From positions 1 through 55,505 of the forward strand of contig JAWSUI010000023.1 of NCBI GenBank assembly GCA_033551855.1: a stretch of DNA of 55,505 nucleotides, given 5' to 3'. This stretch comes from Deferrisomatales bacterium (GTDB lineage: Bacteria > Desulfobacterota > Deferrisomatia > Deferrisomatales > JACRMM01). Position 1 is the first letter of the stretch, and every line of letters begins with the position of its first letter. The notes beneath the pieces were generated by a model. It was not told the origin of the DNA, ran no database searches, and saw only the letters and a list, made by a program, of their open reading frames with translations. Position numbers and translations under genes: made by a program. Shown one piece after another: positions 1 through 8,817 of the stretch.

Positions 1-165
1 ACGATGCCGGACTGTACGGTAGGTGCGCTCCCGCGCCGCATCCGGAATCCTCGTGGCGTCGCGGCTCCCGAAGTGGCGGCTGCCGTCGAGCAGCCGTCCG
101 CCGGAGGGGGCGGGGCCACCCGGTCGTCCCCTGGACACGAGTACCCGGTCATTTCCCGGATGAAC
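1..165. repeat. Dispersed repeat module D (partial at window edge)
   Basis: Aligns by eye with 40623-40787 (cggtaggtgcgct...gcatccggaatcctcg...cctggacacga.tacccggtcatttcccggatga). Confidence 0.8.
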
Positions 166-167
166 CC

Positions 168-208
168 AAAAAAAGCGCAGGGAAGAAGCTGCCGCTCCTC
201 CCCTGCGC
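168..208 (-). terminator. Intrinsic terminator downstream of livK
   Basis: Minus strand reads GCGCAGGG...CCCTGCGC stem followed by T7, 20 nt after the livK stop. Confidence 0.75.
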
Positions 209-228
209 CGTCGAACGTGCCCGGTCGC

Positions 229-1365
229 CTACTCCTGGACCTGGGCGTACACGCCGCTCTGCACCTGGTACATGGAGAAGCCCACGCCCTTGGCGTCGCC
301 GCGCTCGTCGAAGCTGATGCGGCCCACCGGCGTCTCCACCCACTCGTTGCGAAGCGCCGCCTCCACGGCAGCGTAGTCCGTGGAGCCCGCCTTCTCGATG
401 GCGTTCAGGAGCGCCAGGGTGGCGGCGTAGGCCTCCGTGAAGAAGGCGCCGGGGTCTTCGCCGTGGGCCCTGCGGTGGTCTTCGGAGGCCTTGGTGAACA
501 GGGGGAACTTCGACGTGTCTTTGGGACCGGAGGCGTACACGCCCTCGGCGAACTCCTTCGCCACGTTGATGAAGGTGTCGTCCTTGACGCCGTCCGCGGC
601 GATGAAGGCGATGTCCATCCTGCGCCGCTTCATGCCGGTGACGAGCTTGGACGCCTCGGGGTGATAGCCGCCGTAGATGAGCGCCTCGGCCCCCCGCTGG
701 TTCACCTTCTGGACGACGGCCGAGTAGTCCACTGCCCCGGGGGTGATCCCCTCGAAAAGGACCACCTGGCCCTTGCCCCCGGACTCGTCGACGAACTTCT
801 TGGCGAAGTCGGCGAAGCCCTTCCCGTAGTCCCCCTTGTCGTGTAGGACCGCGATCTTGGTCTTGCCGAGGGTGCCGAGGGCGAAATCCACCCCCAGCTT
901 GGCCTGGAGGTCGTCCGAGGCGATCGTGCGATAGAAGTTCGGGTAGTCCCCGCTCTGGGTGAGCTCAGGGTTGGTGGCCGAGGGCGACATGGCAACGACC
1001 TTGGCGTCCCGGTAGGTCCCCAGGGCGGCCTTCGTGGCGCCGGAGCAGACGTGGCCCAGCACCACGTGGACATCGCTCGAGACCAGCTTCGCGGCGATGT
1101 TGGCGGCCTTCTCGGGCTTGCACTCGTCGTCTTCGACCAGCAGCTGCACCGGGCGCCCCAGAACGCCGCCCCGAGCGTTGACTTCGTCCACCACGAGCCG
1201 CGCGGCCCGGATGGAGGGAATGCCATAGGAAGCCAGGTCCCCGGTGTGGGGGCCGACCACCCCGAGACGAATCGGTTCCTTTGCCAGGGCCGTGCCCGAG
1301 AGCAGAAGGGCGAGCACCGCCGCCCCCGCGGCCGCCGCCGAACGGAAGATTCTTCGCTGGATCAT
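229..1365 (-). CDS. livK: Branched-chain amino acid ABC transporter substrate-binding protein
   Basis: Signal peptide MIQRRIFRSAAAA...ALA; motifs GPHTGDLASYG, EDDECKP, GHVCSGAT, SATNPELT, HDKGDYGKG; GAGGAGG RBS before ATG at 1365. Confidence 0.9.
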   Translation of the reverse strand: MIQRRIFRSAAAAGAAVLALLLSGTALAKEPIRLGVVGPHTGDLASYGIPSIRAARLVVDEVNARGGVLGRPVQLLVEDDECKPEKAANIAAKLVSSDVHVVLGHVCSGATKAALGTYRDAKVVAMSPSATNPELTQSGDYPNFYRTIASDDLQAKLGVDFALGTLGKTKIAVLHDKGDYGKGFADFAKKFVDESGGKGQVVLFEGITPGAVDYSAVVQKVNQRGAEALIYGGYHPEASKLVTGMKRRRMDIAFIAADGVKDDTFINVAKEFAEGVYASGPKDTSKFPLFTKASEDHRRAHGEDPGAFFTEAYAATLALLNAIEKAGSTDYAAVEAALRNEWVETPVGRISFDERGDAKGVGFSMYQVQSGVYAQVQE

Positions 1366-1454
1366 TGCTTCCTCCTCGCCTGTGTGGCTCGTCCCCAAGA
1401 AATTCGATCGGATCAAACAACCGGGGTCGCGGCCGACCCCGCGCCGACCCGGCT

Positions 1455-1484
1455 CTTGTAGCAGGAGCCGCTTGCGGCCGTCAA
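1455..1484 (-). promoter_or_regulatory. Putative sigma70 promoter of livK
   Basis: TTGACG (1484-1479), 18 nt, TGc-TACAAG. Confidence 0.45.
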
Positions 1485-1497
1485 CCGGATTGGACGG

Positions 1498-1707
1498 CCG
1501 GGACTCCCCCCCTGCCCGGCACGCGGGGTCCGGGCACCCCTGCGCTCCTCCCCTCAATCCGCGGCGATGCGAAGGGGTGACCCCGCAGGCCCCGGTGCGG
1601 CGGGCTTCACCCCTTCGCGCCGGACTCGGCGGGTCGGTCGATGCGGTACGGGGCCGTTCTCCGGGGCTCCCGGACTGCGCCCCCCGAGGCGGGTCCCGTC
1701 GGCCAGG
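1498..1707. mobile_element. Degenerate copy of MITE family 1
   Basis: Interior aligns with 5135-5310; left end CCGGGACTCCCC resembles the terminal repeat; right end uncertain. Confidence 0.55.
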
Positions 1708-1909
1708 AACGGTCCAGTCGGGTTGAAGGTCGGGGCAGTGCGCGTCGCCGGCTGTTCCCCCCCCGGGGGCGGCGGACGGCTACGCTCACCGCCTCCGGAC
1801 CGAAACGCGGTGACGAATCCCGGTCGGGGTCGGGTCACACGGGACGGGGGGCCCGCGACGGGGACGGATGTTTCGGGCGGTCAACCGCGGACCGCTCTCG
1901 AGCCGCGCC

Positions 1910-2617
1910 CTACAGGCCCAGATAGGCCCGCCGGACGTCGTCGTTTGCCAGCAGGCGGTCCGCCTGGTCCTCGAGGGTGATCCGGCCGTTCTCCATCACG
2001 TACCCCCGGTGGGCGAGCTTCAGCGCCAGGTTGGCGTTCTGCTCCACCAGGAAGATCGTCGTCCCTCCCTCCCTGTTGATCCGCTCGACGATCTCGAAGA
2101 TCCGCCGGACGATCAGGGGTGCGAGGCCCAGAGAGGGCTCGTCGAGCAGGAGCAGCTGGGGCCGCGCCATCAGCGCCCGTGAGATGGCGAGCATCTGCTG
2201 CTCGCCCCCGCTCAAGGTGCCTCCGGCCTGGTTGCGGCGCTCCGCCAGGATCGGGAACAGGTCGAAGACGTGGGCCAGGTCCGCTTTGACGCCTTCCTTG
2301 TCGCGGCGCAGGAACGCTCCCATGTCGAGGTTCTCGGCCACCGTGAGGAGGGGGAAGATCCTCCGCCCCTCCGGCACCTGGGAGATCCCCAGGGAGACGA
2401 TTTCGTCGGGGCTCCGGTCGTGGATCGGCTTCCCCTGGAAGAGGATCTCCCCGGTCCGCGGCGGTGCGATCCCGCAAATCGACATCAGGGTGGTGCTCTT
2501 GCCGGCGCCGTTGGCGCCGATCAGCGAGATGATCTCCCCCTCTTCCACCACGAGCGAGACCCCCTTCAGGGCCTGGATGTTGCCGTAGTAGGTCCGGATG
2601 TCCCGCAATTCCAGCAT
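1910..2617 (-). CDS. livF: Branched-chain amino acid ABC transporter ATP-binding protein
   Basis: Walker A GANGAGKS, QVPEGRRIF, signature LSGGEQQML, Walker B LLLLDEPSLGLAP, LVEQNA. Confidence 0.95.
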   Translation of the reverse strand: MLELRDIRTYYGNIQALKGVSLVVEEGEIISLIGANGAGKSTTLMSICGIAPPRTGEILFQGKPIHDRSPDEIVSLGISQVPEGRRIFPLLTVAENLDMGAFLRRDKEGVKADLAHVFDLFPILAERRNQAGGTLSGGEQQMLAISRALMARPQLLLLDEPSLGLAPLIVRRIFEIVERINREGGTTIFLVEQNANLALKLAHRGYVMENGRITLEDQADRLLANDDVRRAYLGL

Positions 2618-2736
2618 GGGGAGACTCTCACGAGCGTGATGGGAAGCGGACGGCAGCGAGGGGAGGGGGGATCCCTTGTGGCCGCCCGACGTCGCCGCCG
2701 GCCCCCGCTCCGCCCACGGGCCGGCACAGGCGCCGG

Positions 2737-2765
2737 ATGTTACGGGGCGGGTCGTTCCGGGTCAA
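2737..2765 (-). promoter_or_regulatory. Putative sigma70 promoter of livF
   Basis: TTGACC (2765-2760), 17 nt, TAACAT (2742-2737). Confidence 0.65.
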
Positions 2766-2778
2766 GCACGGGGCTTCC

Positions 2779-3109
2779 CCCGGTTCCGCCGGCTGGTCGG
2801 CAGGCGGAGTCCGGGAGCCCCTGCGTTTCGCCCCGCAACCCGCGGCCATTCGAAGAAGTGTCCCGGCAGTCCCCGGTGCGCCGGGCCTATGAACGAAACC
2901 ACCTTCCTTGAATCCCCTCTCCCCCCGGGAGAGGGGCCTGGGGTGAGGGCAACCGGCCCGCGACTGGTCGGCGTTTCATCCCTCAGGGTGACCCGAAGGT
3001 CATGGGCAGCTCACCCGCTTGCGCCGGCCTCGTCGACTCGGTGGAGGCGGTGCGGGGCTGCACTCCTGGGCTCCCGGACTCCGCCCCACAGTGTGGTGGC
3101 GGATTCCGG
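2779..3109. mobile_element. MITE family 1 copy with nested insert
   Basis: Ends CCCGGTTCCGCC and GGCGGATTCCGG; TTCC on both flanks (2775-2778, 3110-3113); perfect internal 18-bp inverted repeat GGCGGAGTCCGGGAGCCC at 2803-2820 and 3068-3085. Confidence 0.75.
2889..3010. repeat. Repeat module E (REP-like CCCCTCTCCC..GGGAGAGGGG..GGGGTGAGGG hairpin) nested in the MITE
   Basis: Inverted copy at 43326-43446; absent from the collinear MITE at 5123-5330. Confidence 0.8.
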
Positions 3110-3376
3110 TTCCCAGTCCGGATCGGCGCCGTCGGTCTTCGGCCCGAGGCGGACCGGGATCGGCGCCGGGTGCAACTCGTCGGCGGAAAAGGGAGGCGGC
3201 GGTCCCCCCTGTCACGTTTTGGAGACTGCGGTTCCGCGGGCGCTTGCTCGTGTGCTTGTGTGCAGACCCTGGGCCGTGTCGAAGCGGGGTGCCGGGGGAG
3301 GAGCGGTGGCACGGACGTTGCCAACTGGGGCAGGGACGTCATCGATCCCCGACAGCCCCAGCCGAGGCCCCCAACG

Positions 3377-4954
3377 ATGCAGTTCATGCCGAGAAGCCGA
3401 CCTGCCACAACCATTCTCCGTAGATTCGTTCTTGCTTCGCTGCTGGCGCTCGCGGCCGCGCCCGCCTGGGCCTGGACCGTCACCGTCGCGTGGGACTCCA
3501 ACCCCCCTTCCGAAAACGTGACCGGGTACATCCTGCACTACGGCACGACGTCACGCACGGCGCCCGGGTTCGCGGCGTACGCGTCCCACGTGGACGTGGG
3601 GAACGTGACCCAGCACTCCGTAGCCCTACCCGATGACGGGGCGACCTACTACCTGGCCGTCGTCGCGTACAACGCCTCGGGGCTGCGCAGCGACTACTCT
3701 GCGGAGGTCTCGGCGGCCCCGACGACGGCGGCGACGCTCACCATCTCCGCTCGCGCCGGCGCCGGTGGCTCCATCAGTCCCAGCGGCTCGGTCAGGGTCG
3801 ATCGGGGCGGGAGCCAGTCGTTCGAGATTGCCCCCTCTTGGGGCTACCGACTGGCCGACGTCCGGGTCGATGGGGCGAGCGTGGGCGCGGGCACGACGCA
3901 CACCTTCCCCAAGGTACACGCCGACCGCAGCATCACGGCCGTTTTTGCTCTGGCTCAGGAGACCGACGGGTTTGCGGATTCCTGGAAGCTCCACTACTTC
4001 GGGACCCTCGACGTGGCTGCAGACGCCGACCCGGACGGGGACGGGATGACCAATTGGGAAGAGTATCTGTACGGGACGGACCCGACCGAGCCGGGCCCGA
4101 ACCCAGCCCTGACGCCCGCCGTGCGGGCCCCGGTGAGCGGCGGCACGGTCACGTCCCTCTCGCCGGAGCTGTCGGTGTACAACGCCCTGAGCACTCCCCA
4201 GGGGGAGCCGAAGTACGAATTCGTGCTCGCCAGCGATCGGGGGATGGACCAAGTGGTGGCCGCGGCATCCGGGATCGAGCAAGGGACGGACGGGACGGTC
4301 ACGACCTGGTCGGCCCCCCAGTCCTTGCAGGACCGGACCCGCTATTACTGGAGGGCTCGCGTCGTTTCGGGAGCAGCGGCGAGTGAGTGGACCCCCGTGT
4401 GCACCTTCTATGTGGACACGTCCGACACCGCGACCCGGTCGGAGGTGGAGGGAAGCGAGTACGTGGCGGTGCGCAGCGAGGTCCAGTTGGAGGTCGACGA
4501 TCCGGCCGCGCTGACCCGCGGCGTGGTAGTGGATCTTGCTGCGGCGGCGGTACCCTACGACTACGTTCTGACGGTGGGGTCCGTGGAGGGGGCGCCGACG
4601 CCCGCCGACGGGGCACGCGTCTCGGGGCGGGTGGTGGAGCTCGGCCCCCACGGGCTGCGCTTTGCGAACCCGGTGAAGATCCTGCTTCCGTACACGCAGC
4701 AGACCCTCGACGATGCCGGCGTGACGAGTCCGGGGGAGCTGGCCGTCTTCACCTACAACACGACGTCTCTGGCGTGGGACGAGGTGCCTGTGGTCGCCAT
4801 CGACTATTTGGGCCGGCGCCTCGTGAGCGAGGTGGAGCACTTCTCCCTGTATACGGTCGGGGCCGCGGCCTCCCCGAGTCCGGGAGCGCCGCCGGCTGGG
4901 GCGACCGGGGGAGGGGGCGGCGGTGGGTGCTTCCTCCAAAGCCTCGGCTTTTGA
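3377..4954 (+). CDS. Secreted multidomain surface protein (FN3-like, InlB-B-like repeat, Ca-binding DxDxDG repeat, ZU5-like region, Gly-rich GGCF C-terminal tag)
   Basis: Signal peptide ...LALAAAPAWA; VAWDSN..VTGYILHYG..YYLAVVAYN..SDYS; DADPDGDGMTNWEEY..GTDP; ELGPHGLRFANPV..EHFSLY; ends GGGGGGGCFLQSLGF. Confidence 0.8.
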   Translation: MQFMPRSRPATTILRRFVLASLLALAAAPAWAWTVTVAWDSNPPSENVTGYILHYGTTSRTAPGFAAYASHVDVGNVTQHSVALPDDGATYYLAVVAYNASGLRSDYSAEVSAAPTTAATLTISARAGAGGSISPSGSVRVDRGGSQSFEIAPSWGYRLADVRVDGASVGAGTTHTFPKVHADRSITAVFALAQETDGFADSWKLHYFGTLDVAADADPDGDGMTNWEEYLYGTDPTEPGPNPALTPAVRAPVSGGTVTSLSPELSVYNALSTPQGEPKYEFVLASDRGMDQVVAAASGIEQGTDGTVTTWSAPQSLQDRTRYYWRARVVSGAAASEWTPVCTFYVDTSDTATRSEVEGSEYVAVRSEVQLEVDDPAALTRGVVVDLAAAAVPYDYVLTVGSVEGAPTPADGARVSGRVVELGPHGLRFANPVKILLPYTQQTLDDAGVTSPGELAVFTYNTTSLAWDEVPVVAIDYLGRRLVSEVEHFSLYTVGAAASPSPGAPPAGATGGGGGGGCFLQSLGF

Positions 4955-4980
4955 AGGCAGCAATCCCTGTGCGCGCCAAG

Positions 4981-5005
4981 GGGCCCCGGGTCACACCCGG
5001 GGCCC
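4981..5005 (+). terminator. GC-rich hairpin downstream of the surface-protein gene
   Basis: GGGCCCCGGG-TCACA-CCCGGGGCCC perfect 10-bp stem, no strong U-tract. Confidence 0.45.
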
Positions 5006-5122
5006 TCGTCGTGTAAGCCTCGGCGGACGCCGCGCTCTCGGCCCCGGGTCCCGGGACCGGTGCCGGCGGCGCGGCGGGGCTCCCGGACCCCGCTTGCCGG
5101 GCAGGGGGGAGTCCGAGAAGGG

Positions 5123-5330
5123 CCTGGATCCACGGGCTGGTCGGCGAGCGGAGTCCGGGAGCCCCTGCGTTTCGCCCCGCAGTCCGCGACACTTCGAAGA
5201 AGTGTCCCAACAGTCCCCGGTGCGCCCGGCCTCACCCTCTTGCGCCGGCCTCGTGGGGTTGGTGGATGCGGTGCGGGGCTGCACTCCCGGGCTCCCGGAC
5301 TCCGCCCCATAAGGTGGTGGTGGGTTCCGG
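5123..5330. mobile_element. MITE family 1 copy
   Basis: Ends CCTGGATCCACG and GGTGGGTTCCGG; flanks AGGG/AGAG (one mismatch); internal inverted repeat 5148-5164 and 5289-5305. Confidence 0.75.
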
Positions 5331-5343
5331 AGAGTGCCCGGGC

Positions 5344-5372
5344 TTGAGGGCCCGGATGGCCTGTGCTACGCT
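5344..5372 (+). promoter_or_regulatory. Putative sigma70 promoter of the DUF1844 cluster
   Basis: TTGAGG, 17 nt, TGc-TACGCT. Confidence 0.55.
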
Positions 5373-5435
5373 CCGCAACTCAGCGATATCCGGTGAAAAA
5401 TTCGGTTGTCTCGAAGAAAGGGACGGAGGTTCGGG

Positions 5436-5825
5436 ATGTCCGACGACAGGAGTTTCACGGTCCGGGATCGGCGCGGGGTCAAGGTGGAGGGCACTTCGGA
5501 CGAAGGGAAGGGTACCGAAGGTCCGGAGGCCGGGCCTCCAGAGTCGAGTCTCGGCGGGGATGCCACGCTGCCCCCCGTGGATTTCGCGGGCTTCATCCTG
5601 GGTCTGGGTCAGACGGCCCTCGCCTGTCTGGGGGAGATCCCCGTGCCCGGCACCGGGGAGATCTCGGTGGACTTGGAGCAGGCGCGCCACACGATCGATA
5701 TCCTGGACATGCTCGAAGCGAAGACGCAGGGCAACCTCAGTCCGGACGAGCAGCGGCTCCTCCGGACCCTGGAGGAGGAGCTCAAGCTCAAGTATGTTCG
5801 GCTCACACACAAGAGGCCCGTCTAG
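5436..5825 (+). CDS. DUF1844-like protein
   Basis: FTVRDRR N-terminus; LPPVDFAGFILGL..ALACLG..DLEQARHTIDILDMLEAKTQGNL..EQRLL; GGAGG RBS. Confidence 0.8.
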   Translation: MSDDRSFTVRDRRGVKVEGTSDEGKGTEGPEAGPPESSLGGDATLPPVDFAGFILGLGQTALACLGEIPVPGTGEISVDLEQARHTIDILDMLEAKTQGNLSPDEQRLLRTLEEELKLKYVRLTHKRPV

Positions 5826-5844
5826 AGCGTTCGCGCGGGAGGCC

Positions 5845-7722
5845 CTGCCCCCGAGTGCCCACGGCTGCCGCGGGCGGGCAGCGGCCGGCTCCGCCGGGGG
5901 GGCCGGCGGCGGGGCCTGCTGCCGGCTGAGGCGTGCGTTCCTGGGCGCGGTCTTGCTGGCGGCCTTGACGTGTGGGCTGAGCGCGGCGGCCTCCAACGTC
6001 CCGCACAGTGGGAGTGCCGCGGCTCCCGAGGGGTTGGCGGAGCTCCTGCTTCCCCTGCAGGGGGAGAGGTACACCGGGGCGGATGGCGACCGCGCCCTCC
6101 TGGCTGCGGCACTGTTGGGCAGAGGAGCAGCCGCCTCCAGCCTCGCGGAGGCCGAGGCCTTCGGCCTCTTGGCGGCGGCTGCCGCTCCCGGAGATCCGAG
6201 GCCTGTCGCCTTTCTCGCCCGGGTGTACTTTCCCGGTCGGCCTTCGGCGGCGTGGGTGGAGGCCTGGCGGTACCTGGTTCTGACCCTCCAGGATCCCTGG
6301 TTTCAGGGCGTCGGGCTGCTGCGTCTCGGCGCCAGCGCGGTTCTGGCCGCGTGGGCGGCTGCGCTGGCGCTGCTGGCCGCGGGACTCCCCGGGCGAGCCC
6401 GCCTCATTTTTCACGACTACCGGGACTGCTTTTCACCGGGGTTTCGAGGGTGGACGCCGGTCCTGCTCCTGGTCCTCATTGCGCTGACCTCGTGGACCGC
6501 AGGGGTCGGGCCGGCGCTCTTTGTCCTCCTCCTCGGCCTCGCGCTGGCTCCCTATTACCCGCGGCGCGCCCGGTGGGCCCTGGGGCTCTCCCTGGGCGTG
6601 GGGTGCCTCCTGGGTCCCGCCCTGGGTCTCCTCTCCGGGGTGTACGGGACACCGGGGGAGAGAGCCTGGGCGCTCTATCGCGTCTGGAAGGGGGACGCGG
6701 GGGACGCGCTCGAGGCGGACCTGCGGCGGCATTTCCCCCCGGACGATGCCCGGGGTCTGTTCGCTCGCGCTCGGGTGGCTCGGCGCCAGCAGCAACTGGA
6801 GGAGGCTGCGCTCTTCCTCGAGCGGGCGCTGGTGGTAGCCGGCCCGGGGCGGGCCCTCGTCCACCAGGAGTTGGGTACCGTGCGTTTTCTGCAGGGACGA
6901 GGGGAGGAAGCCCTGGGAGAGTTCTCGGCGGCGGCCGCCGCGGATCCCCGGAACCCCCTCCCGTGGCTGAACCGCCACATTCTGCACTTGCACCGTCTGG
7001 AGCTCGGTCTCGCCGACGAAGCCATCTCGCGGGCCCAGGCCCTCGGTTCTGCCGAGGAGGCCCGCATCCGAAGGCTCCCGCTGGAGCCTTCGCGGCAGCT
7101 CGTGCCTGCGGCCCCGCCCATGCCGAAGGAGTGGGTCCTTGACGAGTTGCTGCGTCCGGCGGCGGTCCGGGCGACCTGGGTCGGGCAATTGGCGGGGGGG
7201 CTGCTCCTGCCGTTTCGCGCCTTCGATCCGGCTCTCCTGGGGTTCCTGGCCCTCGGGGCATTCCTCCCCTTCGCGAGCAGCGGCAGCGGGCGCAGGAGCC
7301 ACCGGTGCCCCTCCTGTGGACTGGGCGTTTGCCCCCGTTGCGGGCGGCGGGTGAGACAGACCCTCCTGTGCCCGGCGTGTTGGGCTGCGGAGCACCAGCC
7401 CGATGCCGACGCGGCCGAGAAGACCCGTCACCTGAACCGGAAGGCCCGGTGGCAGGCCCGCACCGTGCGGTGGGTGCGCGTCGGCCAGCTGGTGCTGCCC
7501 GGCTGGACGGGCTTCCTTGTGACGGGAGCACCCGCCCACCTGGCCCTTGGCCTCGTCTGGGCCGCCGTGCTGGGGTGGACGGCCCTGTCCGTTCTCTACC
7601 CGATTCCGCTTCTTCCCTGGTCGGCCCCAGGCGTTGCCCCCGGCCCGGTCGCGGTGGCCCTGGCGGCCCATGCGGTGGGGGCTTGGGTTTGCTTGCGCGG
7701 ACCCACCCCGGGGCGGGGGTGA
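5845..7722 (+). CDS. Membrane protein with TPR repeats and a Cys-rich zinc-finger-like segment (start uncertain)
   Basis: Several hydrophobic helices; TPR-like segment VHQELGTVRFLQGRGEEALGEF; CPSCG..CPRC..LCPAC; stop 6 nt before the next gene. Confidence 0.65.
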   Translation: MPPSAHGCRGRAAAGSAGGAGGGACCRLRRAFLGAVLLAALTCGLSAAASNVPHSGSAAAPEGLAELLLPLQGERYTGADGDRALLAAALLGRGAAASSLAEAEAFGLLAAAAAPGDPRPVAFLARVYFPGRPSAAWVEAWRYLVLTLQDPWFQGVGLLRLGASAVLAAWAAALALLAAGLPGRARLIFHDYRDCFSPGFRGWTPVLLLVLIALTSWTAGVGPALFVLLLGLALAPYYPRRARWALGLSLGVGCLLGPALGLLSGVYGTPGERAWALYRVWKGDAGDALEADLRRHFPPDDARGLFARARVARRQQQLEEAALFLERALVVAGPGRALVHQELGTVRFLQGRGEEALGEFSAAAAADPRNPLPWLNRHILHLHRLELGLADEAISRAQALGSAEEARIRRLPLEPSRQLVPAAPPMPKEWVLDELLRPAAVRATWVGQLAGGLLLPFRAFDPALLGFLALGAFLPFASSGSGRRSHRCPSCGLGVCPRCGRRVRQTLLCPACWAAEHQPDADAAEKTRHLNRKARWQARTVRWVRVGQLVLPGWTGFLVTGAPAHLALGLVWAAVLGWTALSVLYPIPLLPWSAPGVAPGPVAVALAAHAVGAWVCLRGPTPGRG

Positions 7723-7728
7723 ACCGGC

Positions 7729-8736
7729 ATGCCGCTCCAGGGAAACATCTCCTCCTTCGGGGTCTCCGAGATCCTCCAACTGATCTCCCACCAGGGCAAG
7801 ACGGGATCCCTGGAAGTCGAGACCGCAGACGGCGTTGCCCGGCTGCGCTTTCGGGACGGACGCCTTCTGGAGGCCTGGCCCGACCGGCGCATGCCGGCCG
7901 AGCTCCTCGGGACGCTCCTCGTCCGCTCGGGGCTCATCACCTCGGCACAGTTGGAGCACGCCCTGAGGGTCCAGCGGCAGAGCCTGCGGCGCGTCGGCGA
8001 CATCCTCGTGGCGTCCGGTGCCCTGCGAGCCGAGGATTTCCAGACGGTGCTGTCCCTCCAACATCGGGAGACGGCGTACCGATTGCTCCGGTTGCGGCAG
8101 GGCAAGTTTCGGTTTGTCCCGGAAGCCGTGGAGGCGGAGGAAGGGGTCAGCGTTCCCCTGGAAGTGGCGGAGCTCCTGATGGAGGGCTTCCGCCAGATCG
8201 ACGAGTGGCCAAGGATCCTAGAGCGGGTATCCTCCGGGCAGTCGGTGTTCCGGAGGACCTCCGCCTCTCCGGAGGAGGAGCTGACCCCGGCGGAAAGGGA
8301 CGTGTACCGACTGGTGGATGGCAGCCTCACGGTGCGCGACGTGGTGGACCGCGCACGCCTCGGGCAGTTCGCCGCCTGGGAAGCGTTGGCGGGCCTCTCG
8401 GAGAAGGGCCTCGTCGTGCCCGTGGGCACGGCCCGCCGTGGGGGTCGAGAGGCCGCCAGAAGGGGGCCGGGGTGGTTGCCTGATTTTCTGCTGGGCACGG
8501 GTTTGGCCCTGCTGGCGGCCGCGCTGCTCGGGGTGTTCGCCGGGCAGGGTCTCCGGGGGTGGGGCCGTCTCGTGCAGGCGGGGGCCGAGGGGAGGGCCGA
8601 GGCGGCACGGGTAGCGGAGCGGGGCCGGAGCTGGGGGGAAGGGGAGTCGGGGGGTGGGGGTCTCCCATCCCTCCGAGAAGAGCGGCGCGATACCGGTCCT
8701 GCGGACGCCCCGGACGCGGCAGGGGGCGGGAACTGA
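7729..8736 (+). CDS. DUF4388 (PatA-N-like) domain protein
   Basis: MPLQGNISSFGVSEILQLI..GKTGSLEV; LGTLLVRSGLIT..QLEHAL; LLMEGFRQIDEW; C-terminal TM helix. Confidence 0.85.
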   Translation: MPLQGNISSFGVSEILQLISHQGKTGSLEVETADGVARLRFRDGRLLEAWPDRRMPAELLGTLLVRSGLITSAQLEHALRVQRQSLRRVGDILVASGALRAEDFQTVLSLQHRETAYRLLRLRQGKFRFVPEAVEAEEGVSVPLEVAELLMEGFRQIDEWPRILERVSSGQSVFRRTSASPEEELTPAERDVYRLVDGSLTVRDVVDRARLGQFAAWEALAGLSEKGLVVPVGTARRGGREAARRGPGWLPDFLLGTGLALLAAALLGVFAGQGLRGWGRLVQAGAEGRAEAARVAERGRSWGEGESGGGGLPSLREERRDTGPADAPDAAGGGN

Positions 8737-8817
8737 CGCCGGGTTCGGCCGTGCCCGGGAAGCACCCCGTGTCTCGCCGGGAGAAGGGTCTCGTCGTGGG
8801 TTGCGGGAGGCGGCGGA

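Noticed and set aside
3002..3376. N-terminal extensions of ORF-track calls (also 5266, 15730, 16268, 26509, 31957, 45473)
   Set aside because: They run through repeats or neighbouring genes; starts were moved to the point where RBS, signal peptide or family homology begins.
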